Source of the DNA: a virus
Length of the DNA: 64,000 bases
Reading direction: 5' to 3' (one strand)
IMG/VR virus record: IMGVR_UViG_3300033148_006239
Location: 41,325-105,324 of that record
Shown: piece by piece, positions 1 to 8,855 of the stretch
Layout of the letters: the number at the start of each line of letters is the position of its first letter
How positions within the stretch are numbered: the first letter of the stretch is position 1
The notes under the pieces: model-generated
Seen by the model: the letters and a program-made list of their open reading frames with translations, nothing else
Database searches by the model: none
What the model was told of the DNA's origin: nothing
Position numbers and translations under genes: made by a program

Positions 1-437
1 TTAGTTATACCATATAACGAAGGATGATTTTCAAATGGTTTAGCGTTATTGCAAAATCCACCAATAGAAGTATCAAATTCAAATGGATCAAATATAGTTG
101 TGCTACTAAAATTGATTAAAGGTAAATCGAACTCTCTACATATTTTAATAATATTCTGTGTCCCTAAAACGTTTGTTAAAATAGTTTCTTCTTCATTGTT
201 TATACATCTATGTGTTCCTACAACTGCGGCTATATGTATAATAGCATCAGGTTTCCAATCATTAATTGCATTTCTCATTTGAGTATAATCTTTAACATTA
301 AAATGAAATCTTTCTGTATCTAATCCGTCATTATAAGTTGGATAAATATCTGGCATAATATCATATTTATGACTTAATTGTTTATCTAAGCCACGTGCAA
401 TCATTCCATTATGACCTGTTAAAAATAATTTATACAT
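1..437 (-). CDS. NAD-dependent epimerase/dehydratase (extended SDR), 3' end runs off the window
   Basis: Not in the ORF track. Manual translation from ATG at 437 gives MYKLFLTGHNGMIARGL...DAIIHIAAVVG...NVLGTQNII...FSSTTIF...SLYGIT(K). This contains the TGxxGxxA Rossmann motif, HxAA, NxxGT, SS and YxxxK. GAGG SD upstream. Confidence 0.9.
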   Translation of the reverse strand, partial: MYKLFLTGHNGMIARGLDKQLSHKYDIMPDIYPTYNDGLDTERFHFNVKDYTQMRNAINDWKPDAIIHIAAVVGTHRCINNEEETILTNVLGTQNIIKICREFDLPLINFSSTTIFDPFEFDTSIGGFCNNAKPFENHPSLYGIT

Positions 438-447
438 TTATTTTACC

Positions 448-954
448 TCAATCATCGTCGGGATATGCACCTCTAGAATACCAAGAATCATCATCAAGAT
501 CATTATTGATAACATCATTCATATCATCGCAAATCTCCATAAAATTTTGTAATTTATTAACACAAGCGTCAATATTATTTGCCGATGTATTTATTTCAAT
601 AAAATTCGCCTTTAGTTTATTGACAATATCAATGAAAATTGTTTGTTGATAAAATAGACTGCGTCTTGAAATAGTATGACACTTCATTTCATCAGTAGAT
701 TCAATTCTCTCAAGAAAATCATTCGCATTTACTATACATAAAACTATTACAGAATGTTTACAAATATCTTTACTTATTTTATATAAAATATCATTATCAT
801 GTTCTCTTTTATAAACTTTATTATATACTAATTGTGAAAGAATACTTCTGTCGTGACAAACATATTGATAATTATTTTGTAATTCAAAATTACGTCTCAA
901 TGTTGATTTACCTGACTTATCAATACCTTCAAAGAATATTAATTTACTCATCAA
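448..954 (-). CDS. dNMP kinase (thymidylate kinase family)
   Basis: IFFEGIDKSGKST P-loop and HDRSILSQLVY (DR motif). Confidence 0.85.
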   Translation of the reverse strand: MMSKLIFFEGIDKSGKSTLRRNFELQNNYQYVCHDRSILSQLVYNKVYKREHDNDILYKISKDICKHSVIVLCIVNANDFLERIESTDEMKCHTISRRSLFYQQTIFIDIVNKLKANFIEINTSANNIDACVNKLQNFMEICDDMNDVINNDLDDDSWYSRGAYPDDD

Positions 955-1162
955 TACCTGCTTTTGTTACTGTAAAATCTAATTTAATTTTTTCAATTAT
1001 TTTTTTTGGTTTAATATAAATATCAACATAATTATCATTATAATTATCGTTATCGTTTAAATCAAATTCAAAATCATCAATAATATCTTCATCTTTTAAG
1101 TCTTGCAAAAGCAATAATATTTTAATTTGAAATATAAAAAAATCAATATTAAATTTACTCAT
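944..1162 (-). CDS. small protein resembling the C-terminus of a tail sheath
   Basis: VDIYIKPKKIIEKIKLDFTVTKAG resembles the T4 gp18-type terminal motif DIYIKP..SI.FI.L.F..T..G. Confidence 0.45.
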   Translation of the reverse strand: MSKFNIDFFIFQIKILLLLQDLKDEDIIDDFEFDLNDNDNYNDNYVDIYIKPKKIIEKIKLDFTVTKAGIDE

Positions 1163-1733
1163 TAGTGTATGCCTTATAAAGAGTATCTAATATATGTTTA
1201 TAATCATCTACACTCATTCCACCATAAGATAAAACATAATTAGGATGATTTATTGGAAAAACAATTGCTTCTCTATCATTATATTCAAATATAGATTCTT
1301 TATATAATTCTGCATCAAAAAATTTAGCAACTTGTTTACCTAAAGGAACGATTACTTTTGGTTTTAAAATCTGTATTTCTTTTAATAGAAATCTATTACC
1401 ACATTTATTAATTAATCTTTCATCAATCTTATTATTTTTTGTACTGCATTTAACAATATTTGTTATTGTACATTCATTTAAATAATTGATCATTCTTAAA
1501 AATTCTAATCCAAAACCTCCATCAAAAGCAAACGTACCATATATCCCTCTAACATTTGATGGATTCATACCAACAAATAAGAAATTATTTCCTATATGTA
1601 ATCCTTTTAATTTACCAAACCCATATCTTATATCTTCTGTATTAAATTCTTCATCGCATAAATTTTTACATCGTTTACATGTGCATAATCCGTAATAAAG
1701 TTTGTGAATCTTACTTTTCATATTTACTTTCAT
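1155..1733 (-). CDS. uracil-DNA glycosylase, family 4/5-like
   Basis: N-terminal CxxC cluster, FVGMNPS, ITNIVKC, VIVPLGK and HPNY motifs. Confidence 0.85.
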   Translation of the reverse strand: MKVNMKSKIHKLYYGLCTCKRCKNLCDEEFNTEDIRYGFGKLKGLHIGNNFLFVGMNPSNVRGIYGTFAFDGGFGLEFLRMINYLNECTITNIVKCSTKNNKIDERLINKCGNRFLLKEIQILKPKVIVPLGKQVAKFFDAELYKESIFEYNDREAIVFPINHPNYVLSYGGMSVDDYKHILDTLYKAYTNE

Positions 1734-2707
1734 AAATTACTCATTATAGTATCAAAAGTAAAAAATGGAATAATAGTATCAATCTTTTTAATTCTTTCAA
1801 TATACATATTGTTATAAGGTGTTATTTTCAAATAAACATCTACAGGCATTGATTTTGCAATCTTAATTGCATTATCTGCATCGTCTTCGACAACAAAAGA
1901 TACATTTTTTAAATCTTTAATTATTCTATGCTCTTTCTTTTCATCCCAAAAAATCATATCAATAGGTAAATTATTACTTGTTATCCATTTTAAAGTATCA
2001 GAATAGATTCTACTATATTTATGATATGGTCGTGCAGTTATTAATACAGTTATATAATCTTTTTTATATAAATATTGTAAAAATTCCTTTGCTCCAGGAA
2101 CAAAATCCATTTCGGCTTTAACACCTGATTGTCTATATCTATCTTTTAATATTAATTGTACTTCTAAATCAAGATTTAAAAAATCATTAAAATCAATTAT
2201 TTTTTCATTAATAGAAACATTATCTAACATACCATAATTAGACATAATATTCGAATATTCATTAATCCATTTAATAAAAAAATCAGGCCAATCAGCAATA
2301 ACTCCATCAATGTCAATAACTGCAATCTTTTTATTTGAATCGATATTGTTTATAAATTTTTCTTGATTATACCTTGCTTCAACAACAGTTGTTTTATTTA
2401 AAAAATTCTTATAAAAATCTTCATCATTAATTCCCCACAAATTACACAACCCAACAAGAAACTTAAATATATCAATCAATTCTTCAGAAATATTTGATCT
2501 AATTATATCGCCATCAAATTTTCTATGCATTTTAAATGGCATTTCATGTAATAATTCACCTATTTCAGAATAAAGATGTAAACAAAATTCCTTAGACCAA
2601 AAAACTAACTCTTCTTCAGTTAAATTATTTATATCAAATCCTTTATCTTTAAAAACTTGATTATTAAAGTCAAGTTGTTTTTCCCAAATTTCTTTTAATT
2701 TATTCAT
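1730..2707 (-). CDS. fusion of an all-alpha dUTPase/MazG-like NTP pyrophosphatase and a HAD 5'(3')-deoxyribonucleotidase
   Basis: N-half has SEIGELL...EELIDIFKF. C-half has DIDGVIAD, ITARP and VEDD. Likely start MNKLKE at 2707. Confidence 0.8.
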   Translation of the reverse strand: MNKLKEIWEKQLDFNNQVFKDKGFDINNLTEEELVFWSKEFCLHLYSEIGELLHEMPFKMHRKFDGDIIRSNISEELIDIFKFLVGLCNLWGINDEDFYKNFLNKTTVVEARYNQEKFINNIDSNKKIAVIDIDGVIADWPDFFIKWINEYSNIMSNYGMLDNVSINEKIIDFNDFLNLDLEVQLILKDRYRQSGVKAEMDFVPGAKEFLQYLYKKDYITVLITARPYHKYSRIYSDTLKWITSNNLPIDMIFWDEKKEHRIIKDLKNVSFVVEDDADNAIKIAKSMPVDVYLKITPYNNMYIERIKKIDTIIPFFTFDTIMSNL

Positions 2708-3665
2708 TTCCCCACCCATAAGCCATAACGTGATCAACAAAATCTTTTAACTTATCACACAATGTGTGAAACTGTATAGAATGATCCCATGACGCATATC
2801 TACCAAAACATTTTATATCACCAATATGATCTAAACAATGATTCTCTAAAAAATAGCCATACTTTAACGTACCATATTGTAATATACCACTAGACATAAA
2901 AATCTTTTTAAGTATACAGACATTATCTCGATCAATTGATTCATACGTAATTGTTTTATCTTTATTATCTGTAACTCTTATAAAAGGAATATCTTTATCA
3001 GCATAATATATATAATCATAATCGTTAAACATCAAACCATTTATTTTAACAAAATATTTGCTTTTATATTCATATTTAAAATAAGGATTTACATCAAATA
3101 ATTTACAAAAATCAGGAGCAGGAATTGTATTAATAATATATTCATGACTAGTTCTAATTGAATAATTATTATCTAAATGAATTGCAACGTGATTGTTATC
3201 ATAATAGTCAACACGTTCAATTAAACTGTTATAATATGTAGTACCTTGAGACCACAAAAATCTACAAATTGTTTCAATAAATTCTTTCTGTGAAAAATCA
3301 AAATATTCAAAATTATTACCTCCCGACGCGGTACTATCATAGTGTTTTCCATCTCGTGTAATTCTTGAATACTCTAATAAAAATTCTTTTGTTGCATAAT
3401 CTTTAATTTCATCATTGTAACAGAAACCAATGTTTGTCTTTTTAACATTTTGCTTGATATTAAATTGTCTTAAAATCTTTTCTACTTCATCAGAAACATG
3501 TAAATATCTCGGACCAAAAGCGTTCTCATATTGACCATATAATTTTCCAATTATAGTTACATTACAATTGAGATATTGTTTTAAATAATAAGCCGTTAAT
3601 AGTGCTGCAGGACCAGCACCAATAATAATTATATCATTCATAATTAATTTCTTATCAATGGGCAT
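2700..3665 (-). CDS. FAD-dependent oxidoreductase, UDP-galactopyranose mutase-like
   Basis: IIIGAGPAAL dinucleotide-binding motif, GPRYLH, INTIP and C-terminal GRYASW. Confidence 0.7.
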   Translation of the reverse strand: MPIDKKLIMNDIIIIGAGPAALLTAYYLKQYLNCNVTIIGKLYGQYENAFGPRYLHVSDEVEKILRQFNIKQNVKKTNIGFCYNDEIKDYATKEFLLEYSRITRDGKHYDSTASGGNNFEYFDFSQKEFIETICRFLWSQGTTYYNSLIERVDYYDNNHVAIHLDNNYSIRTSHEYIINTIPAPDFCKLFDVNPYFKYEYKSKYFVKINGLMFNDYDYIYYADKDIPFIRVTDNKDKTITYESIDRDNVCILKKIFMSSGILQYGTLKYGYFLENHCLDHIGDIKCFGRYASWDHSIQFHTLCDKLKDFVDHVMAYGWGNE

Positions 3666-4212
3666 AATTAATTTGCCTCATTACGTTATTAGTTTTTACA
3701 AATAAACAAGGTTGTACATCATCATAATCAATAAAATAATTTCTTATACATTTCCTAACGTTTTCAAATTCATTAGTAATTGATGAAATACATTTACTTT
3801 TAATATTTGCAATTTCAGTAGCGCTAAATCCCTTTAAATAAAGTTCAATAATTTCTTTTGCCTTTACTCTATCTAAATTATTTAACATTCTTTCAAAATC
3901 AATTGTAACATCTGCATCAGGTTCATCATAAGCAATTTGATCTTGATAATTATCTAAATTGGCGTTCTTATATTTATAATTTCTATAAGCGTTGTCCATA
4001 ATTTTAAATGAACTAAAACTCAATGTTTGATTTATAAAACCAGATAAACTACCCTTTTCTTCATCAAAGTTATTGATATACTTTAATAATAATATTGATA
4101 ATTCCTGCTTCGCGTCGTCAAACTCAACTGGAGATTTATGTGAAACTTTATATGCATATTTACATATCAGTCTATCATAATCTCTAAATACTTGGTTAAT
4201 GTCAATAATCAT
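3655..4212 (-). CDS. sigma70-family (ECF-like) RNA polymerase sigma factor
   Basis: Region 2 (DDAKQE...FDEEKGSLSGF) and region 4 HTH (GFSATEIA); AGGAG SD. Confidence 0.8.
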   Translation of the reverse strand: MIIDINQVFRDYDRLICKYAYKVSHKSPVEFDDAKQELSILLLKYINNFDEEKGSLSGFINQTLSFSSFKIMDNAYRNYKYKNANLDNYQDQIAYDEPDADVTIDFERMLNNLDRVKAKEIIELYLKGFSATEIANIKSKCISSITNEFENVRKCIRNYFIDYDDVQPCLFVKTNNVMRQINYAH

Positions 4213-4239
4213 ACAATCTCCTAATAAAATAGTAATTAG

Positions 4240-4268
4240 ATATTACTACTTTTTTTAAAGTTTGTAAA
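4240..4268 (-). promoter_or_regulatory. sigma70-like promoter of the sigma-factor operon
   Basis: TTTACA-17 bp-TAATAT on the minus strand in the intergenic gap. Confidence 0.5.
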
Positions 4269-4283
4269 ATCTTTTTAAAAAAA

Positions 4284-5420
4284 TTAAATATCAATACCAG
4301 TTTCAAGTTTCACAAATTCAACTTCTGATTTTTTTTCAAGTTTTTTATGATCTCTCTTAATTGAATTAACTAATTTAATCATTGCTTTACTCTTCTTTAA
4401 TCCTGCACAAATCATATACCCAGTAATTTTATCGACATTACTAGAATAGAAATAACTAACATACGAATTTGGAGTTCGAGTCATCACTTCAATTCTTTTA
4501 GAAATTAATTCTGCTTTTGTATTCATTGTATGTTTATCACTTCCCTTAGGTAAGACAATTGCCAATATATAATTCGTTGTTGTATTTATATCAAATGATC
4601 CATAATACATTGATTCTGTATTTAATTTACGTATAAACTCATCATCAATACCTTCATCCAATTGAAAATATCTGAAATCAACAAACCCAGAATTTTTATT
4701 ATAAAGTACCCTTTTTAAATCAGACATATCTATATTCGCATTATTACCACTTAAAAAGTCATAATTTGATTTAAATGTAAAATCATAAAACATTTTTAAA
4801 GGATTAATAATGTGATAATTAATTCTATCATAATGTGTTTTCTTCATTTTAAATCTATCATATAGTAATTGATTATCCGCAAGAATAACATTGACATAAT
4901 CAATATCTTTCAAAAAGATATTTTCAATAAACCAATTAATTAATTTTATTGTATTGTTTTTTCTCTTAATACCTTCATTCTTTTTTGGAGTTGAAATAAT
5001 TACTAATATTTTTTTATTTAATTCAACCAATAGCTCAACAATAACTCTTGTAATTCCATTTCCACTACCCCCACCACCTGATGTATAAATAATTATATAT
5101 TCATCATCATCAACAATTCTTGGACCGCATATTTCTCCATCGACATCTTCATATTTTTCAAATAAAAATTTATTTATTTTATCAATCTTATTTCTAGCTA
5201 TCATTTCACCTTTATCAGGATCATTTCCAGTTCCATCTACACCTAAAAGCATAACATCTTCAATACTAAATAATTTGATATTATCAACTGCAGTATTAGA
5301 TACAACAGTTTTTGTATTTTTAAAAAATTTACTATGTTGCTTTGCAAGCATAGTCCCACATTGACCATTACCAAATATTTTATCACTTATGGTTAAATCT
5401 AAAAACTGTTCCATTTCCAT
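4284..5420 (-). CDS. tubulin/FtsZ-superfamily GTPase (TubZ/PhuZ-like)
   Basis: GNGQCG (T1), DGTGNDPDKG (T3), SGGGGSGNG (signature loop), DNQLL and DMSDL (T7). Confidence 0.85.
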   Translation of the reverse strand: MEMEQFLDLTISDKIFGNGQCGTMLAKQHSKFFKNTKTVVSNTAVDNIKLFSIEDVMLLGVDGTGNDPDKGEMIARNKIDKINKFLFEKYEDVDGEICGPRIVDDDEYIIIYTSGGGGSGNGITRVIVELLVELNKKILVIISTPKKNEGIKRKNNTIKLINWFIENIFLKDIDYVNVILADNQLLYDRFKMKKTHYDRINYHIINPLKMFYDFTFKSNYDFLSGNNANIDMSDLKRVLYNKNSGFVDFRYFQLDEGIDDEFIRKLNTESMYYGSFDINTTTNYILAIVLPKGSDKHTMNTKAELISKRIEVMTRTPNSYVSYFYSSNVDKITGYMICAGLKKSKAMIKLVNSIKRDHKKLEKKSEVEFVKLETGIDI

Positions 5421-5421
5421 A

Positions 5422-5727
5422 TCAATTACCCATTTTTTGAATTTCTTTTAGCGATTCAAAGACACTTTTAAATCTTTCATCGTTTTCAATTAAAAGCTCA
5501 AACATTTCATCTTCATATTGAGTCATCAAGTCGTTAACACTCTTATAGACTTCATTAAAAGTTTTAATTCTTGATAGATATCTAATATCTTGAGATTTCA
5601 TTGGATCATTATTTTGACTAGGTTCAACATGACTTTTAAAATATAAAAAATCATTAATCATTGACAAATAATTAACTATATTTATTTTCAATATCAAATT
5701 TTGAGTATCCATAGTATTATCCAACAT
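5422..5727 (-). CDS. hypothetical protein upstream of the tubulin gene
   Basis: 101-aa helical ORF tightly packed between primase and tubulin. Confidence 0.6.
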   Translation of the reverse strand: MLDNTMDTQNLILKINIVNYLSMINDFLYFKSHVEPSQNNDPMKSQDIRYLSRIKTFNEVYKSVNDLMTQYEDEMFELLIENDERFKSVFESLKEIQKMGN

Positions 5728-6655
5728 CCTTTAGTTTAATTTGTAAATCTTCATAACTTAATTCATCTGGATCACAATCTATTTTAATCTTCTTTACAAA
5801 GAAATAATTACTAAGTTTTGAATAAATTTGACACAAATTTTTATATTTAAACTCATCTTCATAAACATCACCATCAAACATTATATAAATATTATCAATA
5901 TCTAATTTAGTCAATTTATCAAATTGAATAGAAGACATAATTATACCTAATAATGCGATTGCATTATAACCATATTGTTGTAAATAAATAGCATCAAATT
6001 CACCTTCAACAATAACAATATAATCTGTTATCTCTTCTATATTGTTTAATCCAAATAACGCATGTTTAGAATCACTATCTTTTAATTTTATTGCTTTGGG
6101 TTTTCTACCGTAAATAGATCTAGCATCATATGATATTAATCTATTTTTTTCATCATAGATGGGAATAATTATTCTATTTGATAAAACACCTTTATCACAA
6201 CATTTAATATTAAAAATATCAATATACTCTTCGATTATTCCTCTATCGATTAAATAATCTTTATACTTATCATACGGTTCTTTAAATTTTTCTAAAATTA
6301 ATTCATCGTAAATCTTAACATATTCATAATTATTAAACTTTTTATTATATAAATCAATAATATCATCTAGCTTAATCTCATCAATATATTGAGATCTTAA
6401 TTTATCAAGTACTGTATAAATACTGCATTCATCTAAATAAGATAATAATTTTATTAAATTACCATTTTCACCACACGACCAGCATTGAAATAATCCTCTT
6501 TTATAAGAAAAATCAATTCTAATTCCAAATGAAGGATTTGATTCACCATGATATGGACAACAAATCATCAAATTCTGATTAGATACTTTTCCCTCATATC
6601 CTCGTTGTGAAAGTTCATTAATAATATCAATATTTCTTAAATCAATATTCATCAA
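5717..6655 (-). CDS. DNA primase (CHC2 zinc finger plus TOPRIM)
   Basis: CCPYHGESNPSF...CWSCG, RIIIPI, VEGEFDA and FDGD. Confidence 0.93.
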   Translation of the reverse strand: MMNIDLRNIDIINELSQRGYEGKVSNQNLMICCPYHGESNPSFGIRIDFSYKRGLFQCWSCGENGNLIKLLSYLDECSIYTVLDKLRSQYIDEIKLDDIIDLYNKKFNNYEYVKIYDELILEKFKEPYDKYKDYLIDRGIIEEYIDIFNIKCCDKGVLSNRIIIPIYDEKNRLISYDARSIYGRKPKAIKLKDSDSKHALFGLNNIEEITDYIVIVEGEFDAIYLQQYGYNAIALLGIIMSSIQFDKLTKLDIDNIYIMFDGDVYEDEFKYKNLCQIYSKLSNYFFVKKIKIDCDPDELSYEDLQIKLKDVG

Positions 6656-6658
6656 TAA

Positions 6659-6850
6659 TTATTTTTTAACTAATTCATTATTTATATTTTTTAAAATATT
6701 TGCTAAAAAGCCAGGATGAGATTGATCATATTCATGCAATATATTTAGTGTTCTATCAATTTCATAGCAACATTTAGCGCAAATATCTTTAGTTATATTA
6801 AACTGATGTTCAAACATATCACCACATCTTTTACATTTAATTTTATCCAT
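6659..6850 (-). CDS. small zinc-finger protein
   Basis: CKRCG...CAKC. Confidence 0.6.
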   Translation of the reverse strand: MDKIKCKRCGDMFEHQFNITKDICAKCCYEIDRTLNILHEYDQSHPGFLANILKNINNELVKK

Positions 6851-6887
6851 ATTACTTATCTATAATATATCCTAATAATTATTCAAA

Positions 6888-7106
6888 CTAATCAATTGAA
6901 CGATTATTCCATTGTTCAACTAACTCACTTTTAGCTTCTTTATGAGTAGTCGCATTAATTGGATTATAAATTAACGTCGCGTTACAATCCAAACACTCAA
7001 TCCAATATTTATAATATAATTTATCACCACTATGCATCGCATTTCTTCTTATTTTTAAATTCATACTCTTACAAAGAATGTTTGGACATGGCTGTAATTC
7101 TTTCAT
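6888..7106 (-). CDS. Lar-like restriction-alleviation zinc-ribbon protein
   Basis: MKELQPCP..C...CLDC...A....WNNR pattern of the Lar family; GAGG SD. Confidence 0.65.
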   Translation of the reverse strand: MKELQPCPNILCKSMNLKIRRNAMHSGDKLYYKYWIECLDCNATLIYNPINATTHKEAKSELVEQWNNRSID

Positions 7107-7134
7107 TCTATACCTCTATATAATTTTAATACCA

Positions 7135-7286
7135 TACACCCGCCAGGATTACATACCCAGACTACATCTCACGGTAAATGCAGACTGCCGCTCTTTTTTA
7201 AGCCTTATACCACTCCTCGGGGACCGTACCCCCATTGAAGAGACTGAAAACCGAAACTGCACATGCGTTACTTCCGCCACGGGTGC
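7135..7286 (-). ncRNA. tRNA-like structured RNA with an extended anticodon arm
   Basis: GC-rich intergenic island. Acceptor-like stem GCACCCG/CGGGTGT plus A, D-arm TG-GCG-GAAGTAA-CGC-A, T-like arm CTGGG-TATGTAAT-CCTGG. A ~70-nt hairpin sits where the anticodon loop should be. Confidence 0.6.
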
Positions 7287-7292
7287 ATTAAA

Positions 7293-7727
7293 TTATTCTT
7301 CTTGTTCAGGTAACATAATAAATATCTCATCTATCTCATTGATAATATCACCTTCATATGACATCCAATCTGCTACCTTTTTAACTAAAACACCTAATCT
7401 TTGAATATTTAATTCAAGATATTCTATTCTTGAATCAAGACCTTCAATCTGTTTATCTTGATCTTCAGCCGTAGTAAGTAAAAGTTCACTATCACCTAAT
7501 AGTGAATCATATCTTTTTTTTACTTTACTTAATTCTTTTTCATTTATAGCAATTTCATCTTTTAAAGTATTAATTAGTTTATTAGCATCATTTAATTCAA
7601 TGTTTAATTGTGCTAATTCTTCTTTACCAGAACATTGAGATGTAACACATATCAATACTCCTACAAAAAATAATATTACTATTAATAGTGTCATATCTAT
7701 AATTTTTTTTCTTGTCTTGTAATTCAT
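7293..7727 (-). CDS. membrane-anchored coiled-coil protein
   Basis: N-terminal hydrophobic helix followed by heptad-rich sequence; GGAGG SD. Confidence 0.65.
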   Translation of the reverse strand: MNYKTRKKIIDMTLLIVILFFVGVLICVTSQCSGKEELAQLNIELNDANKLINTLKDEIAINEKELSKVKKRYDSLLGDSELLLTTAEDQDKQIEGLDSRIEYLELNIQRLGVLVKKVADWMSYEGDIINEIDEIFIMLPEQEE

Positions 7728-8816
7728 TTATCCCTCCAAATGTTTGAAACTTCTAAGAAATTTTGTATATTGATCTTTTATTTTCTTTAATTCATAATAA
7801 TCTAATAACTCGAATGATCTTTTAGAATTTACATTTCTTTTAGTAACATTTACATCGACATATCTCATTTTCACGAGTTTATAATTTTTAATAATATGTT
7901 GTTTATTCTTTTTAATAATATCATCTTTACAATTGCGTATTAAATCTTTTACATTTTTATATTCTTTTGCATAATTCATAGATATTTTTTTATCAAACCC
8001 GTTAACTTTTTCTATTACATCTCCTTTTTGACCCATCAAAGAATTATAAATTAACCAACTATAATCATGTGGCTTTCTTAAAAATACATTATTATTATTC
8101 CCTTTCGGATGCATAACATGTATTTGTTTATTTACAATTTGATCAAAATCATCATCGTTGCTAATAACTAAAATTAATTCATCGTTACTTAATCTCTTAG
8201 ACAATTTCTTTGCAGCACTATAACATAAATCATCTGATTCATACCCATCTAATGCTATTGAAGTAATTCCAAAATAATTAAAATACTGATGAAGAGTTTC
8301 AATTTGAATAGACAATTGATCCTCATCAGTATATTTTGATCCATCTCTGTTAGATTTGTAATTCTTATCAATTTCCCTTCTGAAATTGAATCTAGAATCC
8401 CAACAAACAATTAAATGATCAACATTGTTTTTCATTGCTTGTGATAATATAGTATTTAAAGCTCCATGTATAATACCAGTTTTTTCACCTTTTGTTGTTT
8501 TCCATTGATTAAACGGTGGTCTTTTATATCTGAAGACTAAATTATTACCATCAAATATTATAGCCTTATATGTTTTTAATTGTTCTATATTCATATTAAA
8601 TTTCCTGCATATTTCTTTTCTAATTGATTTAACACTTTGACAACTTGTATGAGCTAAATAAATAATCTCATGTGTAATTTTATTATGTATTGCAATTGAA
8701 GGATACTTATAATGTTTAACAATTGCAATAAAATATTTTGAATCAAAATCTTCACACTTTCTAATTATATTAATTAAGCTAATACATCTTTTTGTTAAAG
8801 ACTTTTTTCTTTTCAT
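7728..8816 (-). CDS. 5'-3' exonuclease / flap endonuclease (T4 RNase H, PolI N-domain-like)
   Basis: IFDGNNL, VCWDS, YKSNR, GYESDD, SNDDDFDQ and GQKGD. Confidence 0.9.
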   Translation of the reverse strand: MKRKKSLTKRCISLINIIRKCEDFDSKYFIAIVKHYKYPSIAIHNKITHEIIYLAHTSCQSVKSIRKEICRKFNMNIEQLKTYKAIIFDGNNLVFRYKRPPFNQWKTTKGEKTGIIHGALNTILSQAMKNNVDHLIVCWDSRFNFRREIDKNYKSNRDGSKYTDEDQLSIQIETLHQYFNYFGITSIALDGYESDDLCYSAAKKLSKRLSNDELILVISNDDDFDQIVNKQIHVMHPKGNNNNVFLRKPHDYSWLIYNSLMGQKGDVIEKVNGFDKKISMNYAKEYKNVKDLIRNCKDDIIKKNKQHIIKNYKLVKMRYVDVNVTKRNVNSKRSFELLDYYELKKIKDQYTKFLRSFKHLEG

Positions 8817-8822
8817 AAAATA

Positions 8823-8848
8823 ATAACAACTTAATTAATATTTTAACA
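8823..8848 (-). promoter_or_regulatory. TGTTAA-N14-TGTTA motif
   Basis: Exact motif and spacing recur at five sites upstream of genes. Confidence 0.6.
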
Positions 8849-8855
8849 TTAAAAA

